DNA of 64,000 nt from positions 2,170,001 through 2,234,000 of the forward strand of contig JBHGNT010000014.1 of assembly GCA_043228905.1 (NCBI GenBank), in the 5' to 3' direction. The translations under genes and the position numbers were made by a program. This document shows, piece by piece, positions 26,255-35,909 of the stretch. This DNA comes from Azolla caroliniana. Lineage: Eukaryota; Plantae; Polypodiophyta. The first letter of the stretch is position 1. Each line of letters opens with the position of its first letter. Under the pieces are notes generated by a model. It was not told the DNA's origin, did not search any database, and saw only the letters and a list, made by a program, of their open reading frames with translations.

Positions 26255-28732
26255 AGTATAAATACTTGTAACCTCCTTAGTCCCTTTCAAGGGATACAAC
26301 ACCAATCATTGAAACATCAATCTAGTATTCTTGTTTAGCCCCATCTTCTCTCCTTGATTTACATCTCTGTCTTTATGCTCTTGTATTGTTCCTGGCATCT
26401 TAAGTTCCTCATCCCGTTGCTCCCAACTTCTTGAGTTTCTAGCCTCATCACGTTCCACGTTTGTAACCTTATCGGTCGTAGCCTCATCATTCGTGCTCTG
26501 TTGTAGTCTAGGGTTGGTTAGAACATAACACTTGAATATATACAAGAGGTGGAGATTCCGGAGCATGCTGGCACATGCTAAGTTGTCCAAGACGTTTTGG
26601 GCTGAAGCGCTGATGACAACGACCTACGTGATAAACCGATCACCCTTAGCACCCTTGGATAGAGACACACCACAAAGACTATGGACCAATAAAGATGTGT
26701 CTTATCGGCATCAGAAGTTGTTCGGTTGTCTCGCCTACGTGCATATAGCAAAGGACAAGAGAGTAAAATTGTACCCGAAGTCCCGACCATGCATATTCCT
26801 TGGATACGGTGATGATGAGTTTGGCTACCGAGTGTGGGACTTGGTCGACAAGAGGGTTCTCCGGAGTTGAGACATAGTCTTTATGGAAGACAAGACCATT
26901 TCCGACTGGGAGTTGGAGAAGAAGATAGTGGACTCCGAGTCGAGTGACAGTCGGAAGCCGGATGTCAGCCGAAGACCAGGATGAACCAACCGGATTCAGA
27001 CAAAGAACTGAACCAACCGAAGAAGAATCAAACACCGAAACCAGAAAAGACCCCGAATCGGATTCATATGAAGAATAGATGGAGGAACAAGTAGTCAAAA
27101 ACCAGGGACGAAGATATCCTCTAAGAGAGAGAAAGGCCCTCGGAGATTTCCGGATGAAGAGCGAGTGTTACTAACTGACGAGGGGGAGCCGGAAAGCTTC
27201 GAAGAAGCAAAGAGGGACACCCACAACCGCAAGTGGTTAAGTGTCATGCATGATGAGATGGATTCCCTACTTGAGAACCCCACATATGAATTGACAGAGC
27301 TGCCGAGAGGGAAGAGAGCGCTCCGGAACAAGTGGGTGTACAAGCTAAAACCGAGAGACACCATAAATCCACCGAGATACAAAGCCCACATTGTGGTGAA
27401 GGGCTTCCAACAGAAGAAAGAGGACAATGTGCTCTTAGAGATGAGTATGCTAAAGTTTGAGGGGATGAACTATGGGGCAATTATGCCTGTCTTCTTTATG
27501 ATAATCCATGAACTAGAATATTTCAAAGATAGTTTAGATCATTTAATAACAGATTTCGTAGATTGAGTAATCAACGAATTCTACTCATTCTTTTAGCTCA
27601 AAGGATCTACAAGTACATTTCTTGTTGGAAAAACATTTACAAACACATTGCTTCATCCATAGAGAATAAAATGTTTCTCTTAGTCATATTCAACATGCCC
27701 CTCATATCCTTCAAATATTATGAGACACTTGAATTATGACTCTATGTATATGAACAAACTATTATGTACTTTGTAGGTGTTGGATAAGCGTCCTTTGGTG
27801 TCGTTACTTTGGGGATATTTCAATGTGATATTATGTTAGTTGAAGAAATCATTGCTTTCGTTTGGTTACAATTGGTGATTATATTCTTAGTACTTACACA
27901 TAAGGATACTAGACTCTTATTAGAAGCTTTACAATTGCATTCCAATTTTTTAGTTGGAAAATTTTAAGTTGAACTAGCAAAATTCTCCCCCTTGTTGGTT
28001 CTTCTTGACTACTTTTGATGTACATAGATTCATCTCCTTAGCCCATTTAAGAAATGATCTTTTGCTTGCCATTGACTTTCACAATAGGTTTTGGAAGTAT
28101 TTTGGTTTGCTTTCTACGTATTTTGTAGCCCATATGACATTTCTAACCTAATGGAAAGATATTCTGAAGGTGAAAAAAACAAACAAACTTTTTAATAATC
28201 AAGCTCAACTCGTGTGAATATGTGCTTATAAAGAAAAGCACAATGTGTGAAAAGGTGCGTTAGCATACTTTATTGTAATCCGTGTGAACTATCTAGTTAC
28301 ACGAAGAACTAGATTGTGATATCTAGTAAGTGGTAAAGTGTAAATATGGTCAAAGAAGATAAAAAACAAGTTCGTGTTCACAAGTGGAAGGATCACGCAT
28401 AAATAGAAGGATAAGGAATATTTTGGTTAAATTTAGTACTTTTTCAATGATTTTACAAAACACATTGATACCAGTATCATACATGTTCAAATATACTATG
28501 AAAAAGGTTACAAATCCACTATTTTCGTGATTTAGAAATAAATAAATAAAGATGAATTTCAAAAAGTTACATTCCCAATTTATATCACAAACTTTACAAC
28601 CAATGTTATTTTATAAGAAACAATTTTTTAGAAATCATAAGAATTCAAAACACATGCTTTTATGTTACTAGATTTGTTACAAGTGGAATGTAGTTACACT
28701 TAATAGCCAAAAATACATTCATGATCACTCCT

Positions 28733-31517
28733 TTACAGAGAATCACTACTATAACTAATATACAATGACGATTCCTCCTCGTCATCCTCGGATGTACCAA
28801 TCATTGCATTATCTTCATCATAAACCAAATGGTTTGACTCTAGATTATATGTAGCAGATCTCGTTTGCCTTCAACTCGAGCCACCTTGTACACTTGGTAA
28901 TTTTTCTTTTATTATATCTATTGTTGACTTCCTTAATCGCCTGGGTTTTGTAAGCGTGAGGTCGTACATGATGATATCCACATCAGAGATATCAAGGGTC
29001 GAGGTGTTACGAATGTTTCGTTCCCTCTTCCTACGTCCCCTTGTCGTTGGGCATTCAATAATCTCCAATGTATACTTACCTGTAAAAGCATTTGCACTTC
29101 TAGTGTTGTACTAATGAACGTTTATAGACTTGATCGTGTTTTCTATTTCATGCATTAGCACTTCGAGAATTTTACCAACCCAAAATTGGTGGCCATGTGA
29201 ATTCTCATCAGCCGGCGTTGCAATCAACATCCCCGTTGCGAGATCTTGCAAATTGCCTTGCCATCTAGCTTCGGTTGCTTTGGTCATCCTTAGTCCCACA
29301 TAAATGTCTCTTTGTTGTGGATGGACCAAATTGTCATTAATCGCATTTGCTGGTTGCTCTGGAGTTTTATTTACATGATCATGTTGTAGCGACCATGTGA
29401 ATGGCGTTTCCAAATTCCAATTATCACCAAATACACAATTGTCTATAATTCCTTTCTGATCACTAAAAAATACATCCCACCATGACGTGTCTTGTTGTGC
29501 GGCATATATCTTGGCGGCCTCAATATGCTTTCTTTTTTCTTCTAAGGCTTGTAGCCATAACAGTTTTTGTTCCGATACCAAGTCACTATGCAACTGTCCT
29601 TTCTTCTCAATTGGCATTTGTTTAGCTCCATGGACAATTGTACTCGGCATACAGAGTAATAACTGGCAACCACCTTTAGGTTCACATGTTGTAGAAGATG
29701 AATATTGTTTACCATACAAAAGCGTAGAACCATTTATTTCATTTTCTTTATCATAAAAATGTGATTGAAGCTTATATTGTTTAACTGGGCGAGCACTTTA
29801 ACATTCCCAACACCCCCATCTGATATATATCTCTTAAAGTCATATACCTCCTTCAAGTGTAACACTTTTGGGCGTGGTGTATGTGCATCACAAATGACAT
29901 CAAATAGTTTTGGTAATGTGAAAGCATCATGCCGAGACAACTATCTGGAGAATGTGCTAAACATCTGATCTATATGATCATGTGTGTGTCCAACCAAAAG
30001 AAAATTGACTTTCACTTTTCTAAACAATCCTTGGTTGACCAACATACTTAGATAGCAAAACACAATTGAATTTTTGTTCTCTCTAGCAGTATTGTCCAAT
30101 TGAATGTATAGAACAGTGGAGAACAGTTGGCCCCAAGACATCAAAACTCAGTGAATCACTGTAACTGTTAGGTTAGGGTCATTGTGAACATTGGGGTATG
30201 TAATGAAGACGTGAGGTCCAACTGACCTATTATAAGCCAAGCATCCCACCAAGTGCATTTGAACAAGGCACTCATCATTGACGTATTTGGGGAGCCTCCG
30301 CATATGCGGCAATCACGTCTTCTTCTGGTCCATGCCATCTATCATTGAGCACATGTATTGTTTGGGCCTCTTCAAACATTGCTCTCTATGATGCATCACC
30401 TTCTTTCGTTCTAACGATTGTGCCTGATGATGCTCCTGTAGTAACTTCTTACTCATATCCTTTTCCATTGATGTCTTTGCACCTTTAGCTAAACTTTTAA
30501 GATTTGCACAAATGGAGCAATACCCCATGCGTACTTTATGTGGAATGATAACATTTGAAAACTGAGCTCTCCATAATCTTGTGAATTGGCTATATGTGAC
30601 AGATTTATTACGTGAGCCCTCCATATCAGATCGATAGACATCATAAACTTCCTGACGTATGTAATTATCAAAGAGGTGCATCCTACCTGTAGTGGGCATT
30701 ACTTCACAATTTAAGTGAAAGTAACTTCTCATCCAACCAATAGCATGTCTTCCAATTTCACCTTTCATACTTGGAACCTCGTTACAATTGAGCATTTGAT
30801 CCCCGCTAAGTAGACGTTGTTGTACTCTATGTAGCCGCATGTTACTAACACATAACACAATTTTGAATGCAACTCTACATATCTGTTGTGCATGGAAGAT
30901 ATAATACTCGAATGATACTTTGATCCCCGTACATTTGTCAAACACTAGTTGCATATGTGACCGAGGTAAGTGTCTTGCTCATCACCAGTCATCGAAAAAT
31001 AGTATCACCTTAATTCTCGCAACTTTGATTTTCCAATCATAGACATACAACCACGAGCACAACATATTTTGTTGACATCAAATCCAATCTGCTTATCTGA
31101 TGTCACCAAGTTAAATTTGGCCAAAAGAATTCTACATGGGATTCTTCTTATATGCATAGGGCTTCCAGATTTCTCTTTCTGCATAGAAGTTGGTGTATCC
31201 TTGTTACAATCCAATTCTTTGTTGTGACCATCGCCCATGACATTCGATGTTTCATTGGCACTACCTTCATTCTCTGTATCTTTATTAATATCGTATTCTT
31301 CAATAGAGAACTCTTCACATGTGTCATTATTCACATGTGTTGTAGGTGAAGATGAGCTCAGACAATACTCTTCGATAAAAATGGGTGAGTCTGTCGACAT
31401 ACAATATTCTTCGATAGAAAATGGTGAGTCTGTCGACAAACAATACTCTTCGGTAGAAAACGAAGAGTCTGATGACAAACAATATTCTTCAATCGAGAAT
31501 GGTGAGTCTTCACTCAT
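28733..31517 (-). pseudogene. Sola-like DDD transposase (in-frame stops and two frameshifts)
   Basis: Read-through gives CCARGC, CRVAF, CEVMP..GRMHL, CSICANL, IDGMDQKKT*LPH, YIQLDNTARENKN, FLLVGHTHDHIDQMFS and LKEVYDFK. The three aspartates (DGMD, QLDN, HIDQ) fit a DDD triad. N-terminal 13-aa repeats (DSPFSIEEYCLS). Confidence 0.8.
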
Positions 31518-32320
31518 GGCTTAAGGTCCACACAGAGCTCTTTAAGTTATGCCCTTGGGCTAATATAAAAAACTGATAAGCTCCTCCATTCTCTAAACAT
31601 AAACTCCTCTCTAAATAGAAGCTCCCTCAATATAATGTCTATATTATTTAATATTATATTAATACAATAAATAAAGATATTATTTTTAATATAATAATTT
31701 TATTCAACATATTAATAATTACTTAAACTAGTTAGTATAAATTTGAATCAATTATATTTTATACCTTATTAATCATATAATATATTATTTCAATTAAATT
31801 TACTTTAGCCATGAAGTATAATATAATTACAATCATTACCAAGCCATATATATGTTGGTTTAAAGTTAAAATCATTAGTTAATTAATGGCACCCATATTT
31901 AATATAGAACTTCTCAATCATTGGTTCATTCATGCCCACCATTTTAAATATCAGCCATTTTAATCATTGGTTCATTCATGGCCACATCTTTAATACAAAG
32001 CAATTGAGAGTCATAAAAATGTTGCTTTGAGTATTCAATCATTAGTTCATTCATGAACCTCTATCATTGTTTCCTTCATGACCTTCAAAGTCATTGTATG
32101 TTAGTTTGACTATAAAATAATCATTAATATGTTAGTTTGAGTATTTAATCATTGATGCATTCATAAGCATCATTTAATTCAAATCCATAAGAGAGTGATT
32201 GGTACATTCAAGATTATGCACTAAATAAAGTAACTCTTTCTTAGGTCTAACTAACTAACCTTAAGCTTGCCAACCCTGGTTAAAGTGACTGTGGTTACTT
32301 TAACCACTGTGGTAAATTCC

Positions 32321-32328
32321 TATAAATA
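32321..32328 (+). promoter_or_regulatory. TATA box of the ParB-MTase gene
   Basis: CCTATAAATAG ~130 bp upstream of ATG 32454, followed by a plausible 5' UTR. Confidence 0.55.
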
Positions 32329-32656
32329 GGAAGACCTCTTCATATCTCAATCACACGAAGCACACGCGCAGAACAAAGCACACGAGCACACAGAGCAGAC
32401 AAAGCACAAAGAGCCAAATTGTCATCTCCCCCTCAGCATCGACAACGTGAATCATGTCTTCGAAGAAAATCGAGCGCCAAGAATCCAGGTAAGCACCTGG
32501 CAGTCCTGACATTTTTGTAAATATGTTTTAGCACTCAAGAACTCGATACGCCGTATCGAGTACCTGTTTAAAACACAAACTTTATACAAGAACTCAGTAC
32601 GGCGTATTGAGTTCCTGTTTAAAGTTTGTGTTTTAAACAAGAACTCGATACGCCGT

Positions 32657-33685
32657 TGTCGTGAAGATTTTCAGCAATAGTGTGAAAATCCTATAAAACG
32701 TACGAAATCGAGTATTAATCACATAGTACAATAATTGTGAAGATAACATTTTAAATAGATTTAATATCTAAGTACAAAATGATGGAGGTTTCGAATGCAC
32801 TTTATTACACGAGAAACGGACAACTAAATGTCAAGATATGAGGGTATAAAGTTTGTAAAAGGAAAGGAGAAAATTGTGAGATATCCCACATAGGCACGAC
32901 AAATACAACTCTCATCATATATAAGGTGGAGCAAAAGATATTATCTTTGTGTCTATGTGTGGAGCATAGAGAGTTCAAGGTAACTTGAACTAAGAGTGGA
33001 GGTGGGCTAGCTACTCGTAAAGGGTTTTGGCCAACCAAAACCGGACTGGCGATGGAGCCGATGATCCGGCGGCATCCGGCGGCAATCCGGCGGCATCCGG
33101 CACCGGTATTCGGCGACAGCATTCGGCGAGGCACCGGTAACCGACGGCATCCGGCGGCGGCATCTGGCGACTAGATAAATAAATATATAAATATATATAC
33201 ATATTTACATATACAAGGAGGGCAAGTAAGGATTCGAACCTTGCACCTCCAAGTTAGGAGACAAATGGCTTACCATTAAGCCATGCTATTTAGTTGAAAT
33301 TATCTTTCTATCATTGTACTTTTACATGTAAATTCTCATACATGAGAACTAAAATGAGTGACATGGTTATCATGCACCACGTGTAATACATAAGCGCCAA
33401 ATGGCAAACATGCAATTTATGCATGTCTTGTACCCTCACATGCATCATATGCATGAGAGCATCTATAAAAGAGGGAAGGGGGAGAAGAAAAAACACGGTT
33501 TTTTTTTATGAAAATTAAAAGGAAGAAATTCGTTTTCAAATCAATCGTGTAATCTCAACTTCTCTCTTTCCCAATCTATCTTAAGTACTTTCTCGCCAAA
33601 GCTTGTATCGACTCTAAATCCTTCTGGTCCAGAACCTCGGCAGTTCCGCCTCACGATCCGCGAGTAGTGACGGATCTTCACGACA
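32657..33685 (+). mobile_element. Solo LTR (1029 bp), TGTCGTGAAGAT...ATCTTCACGACA family
   Basis: 12-bp terminal inverted ends, 4-bp TSD CCGT, homologous to 34911-35909. Confidence 0.88.
33218..33288 (-). other. tRNA-derived (SINE-head-like) segment inside the solo LTR; second copy 35389-35458
   Basis: Minus strand TGGCTTAATGGT (A box) ... CTCCTAA ... GGTTCGAATCC (B box), followed by an AT-rich tail. Stems pair poorly, so it is not called a tRNA gene. Confidence 0.6.
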
Positions 33686-34697
33686 CCGTATCGAGTTCCT
33701 GTTTAAAGTTTGTGTTTCATACAGGAACTCGATAAGCCGTATCGAGTTCCTGTTTAAATTTTGTGTTTCATACAGGAACTCGATACGCCATATCGAGTTC
33801 CTGTTTAAATTTTGTGTTTTATACAGTAACTCGATACGGCGTATTGAGTTATTGTGTAAAGTATGTGTTTTATACATGAACTTGATACCCTGTATCGAGT
33901 TCCTATTTAAATTTTGTGATTTATACATGAACTCGATACGTTGTATCGAGTTACTGTATAAAACACAAAATTTAAACAGGAATATTGTGTCTTTGGGGGA
34001 ACAATTTATGTCCAATTCAGACTTTTTTAGTGACATTTGCTATATTTTGTAACAATTAATGACCTTACTTAGAAAGGTTTTATGACCTATAATAGCTTAA
34101 AATAATAGAAAATAACCCACGAATTACCTTTATGATACCAAATTTAAGTTTGTCGTATTAAAATTCTCTACAATATGGATATGGAATCAATATAAGCCAT
34201 ACCTACCCTTCAATATGATACATATCCTTGTTTAATTATTAAGACATATAATTTTCGAAGTTGAATAGCCCTTACTAGATATAAATTCTGAATAAAGGAC
34301 TATCATGTTCACTCAAAGTATGATTTGTATTTATAGTTTAGGACAAATCGCTTGCTAGTTGTTGTCTTGATCTACTTATGTATATTTTAATATACAACCT
34401 TAATCTAGGAAACCACCTAACTTATATTTTCGCACGTCCTTTCTTAAATAGGTCGTTTGAGAACTTGTTAGACCGACCTGTGAAGAAAATAAAGCTCCGA
34501 ATTCAGGGCTCTCCAATTGAGACCCAGCAACTAAAAGTTCCTCAGAACATGAAGAGAGGAAAAAAGCTTCTCTTCAACGAGGAGATAGAATATCAACCAT
34601 CCGATGATGTCAGCCAAAAGAAAATGGTAGCAGATACTAGTGGTGAGGACCTTCCTGACCGTGATCTAATGGACAAGGAATGGTGTATGCAATACGT

Positions 34698-35909
34698 TGT
34701 CGTGAAGATTTTCGGCAATGGTGTGAAAATCACATAAGTCATGGTAAAGCAAAGAAAAGAGGAATGATATGGTGGATTGGCTGGCAACCATGATTCGAGT
34801 GCAAAGGAAAGGACATGCTCGACGTGGAGTCATGCTGATCACCATTGCCGAAATCTCACTTTCTCTCTTCTTGGCACGTATCAGAGGACGTGCGGTTTGG
34901 TGGGGGTGAATGTCGGGAAGATTTTCGGCAATGGTGTGAAAATCACCTAAGACGTACGAAATCAAGTGTCAATCATATAAAACAATAATAGTGAATATAC
35001 TAATTCTAAATAAGTTTAATATCTTAGTACAAAAGACGAAGATCTTAAATAGATGCACTTTACTACATAAAAAATGGACATCTAAGTGTCAACTTATGTG
35101 GGTAAGAAGTTGTGAAAGAAAAAGAGAAAATTGTGAGATATCCCACATAGACAAGACGAATAAGGCTCTCACCATATATAAGATAGAGCAAAAGTTATTA
35201 TCTTTGTGTGAAGCATAGAGAGTTCAAGGTAACTTGAACTAAGAGTGGAGGTGGCCTAGCCACTCGTAATGGTTTTGGCCCACCAAAACGGAACTGGACG
35301 GTATTGGCATCCGACGGAGCCGGCGGTATCGATATCCGGCGAACCGACGTTCGGCAACTAGATAAATAAATAAATATACATATACAAGGAGGGCAAGTAA
35401 GGATTCAAACCTTGCACCTCTAAGTTAGGAGTCAATTGGCTTACCACTAAGCCAAGATATTTAGTTGAAATTATATTTCTATCATCGTACTTTTACATGT
35501 AAATTCTTATACATGAGAGCTACAATGAGTGACATGGTTATCATGCACCACATGTAATACATGAGCGCCAAATGGCAAACATGCATCATATGCATGGGGG
35601 CATCTATAAAAGGATGGATGAAAATGTATTATGGATCCATGTATGAACTAAGAAATTAATGGGAAGAAAATTCATTGATGATATATCTTGTTTCTTAAAT
35701 CAAGAGTTAAAATCTTAATCTCAATATCTCTCTCTTGGCCATATCAATCTTTCTCAATCTAAGTCAAGCGTTTAATCTTAATCTCTTTCTCTCTCTCAAT
35801 CTATCCTAAATACTTTCTCGCTAAGCTTGGTGCAAAATTCGATCCTTCCGGTCCAGAACCTCGGCGGTTCCGCCTCGTGATCCGCGCCTAGTGACGGATC
35901 TTCACGACA
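34698..35909 (+). mobile_element. Internally deleted Ty3-like LTR element: ~40 bp of 5' LTR, ~170 bp of 3' interior with PPT, and a full LTR 34911-35909
   Basis: Ends TGTCGTGAAG/CTTCACGACA with TSD ACGT. PPT-like TGGTGGGGGTGAA precedes 34911. The interior resembles 60887-60954. Confidence 0.85.

Larger units (their letters stand above)
17107..26551 (+). mobile_element. Non-autonomous LTR element (TRIM/LARD-like). LTR1 17107-18965 (interrupted), non-coding interior 18966-20149, LTR2 20150-26551 (interrupted)
   Basis: Both LTRs start TGTCACG(A/G)ACATGACAA and LTR1 ends GTCCGTGACA. PPT AAAGGGGGGGA precedes LTR2. No tRNA PBS or coding domain recognised. Confidence 0.8.
14757..27420 (+). mobile_element. 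3'-truncated Tnt1/Tork-like Ty1/copia element. 5' LTR 14757-15261; gag-PR-IN 15310-17106; IN-RT resumes 26552-27420
   Basis: TG...CA LTR homologous to the 43280/62227/63013 LTRs, with a degenerate iMet PBS TGGTATTAGAG at 15265. Peptides MFKLTGSNY, WVVDSGASFH, KTFWAEA, NKWVYKLK, YKAHIVVKGFQQKK, with many stops and frameshifts. The integrase ERMNRTM|RFRSML is split by a nested insertion. No 3' LTR seen. Confidence 0.85.
32539..33982. repeat. Array of eight palindromes at a 51-bp period, interrupted in unit 3 by a solo LTR
   Basis: Consensus (ACAG)GAACTCGATACG-C-CGTATCGAGTTC(CTGT) starting at 32539, 32590, 32641, 33725, 33776, 33827, 33878 and 33929. The A/T-rich linkers are near-identical; the first and last are inverted. 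Confidence 0.92.

Noticed and set aside
33218-33288. Functional tRNA-Arg(CCT) gene
   Set aside because: Acceptor and anticodon stems pair poorly, and it lies within an LTR.
32539-33982. CRISPR-like appearance (palindromic repeats at fixed spacing)
   Set aside because: The linkers are near-identical rather than unique spacers, no cas genes are present and the context is eukaryotic.
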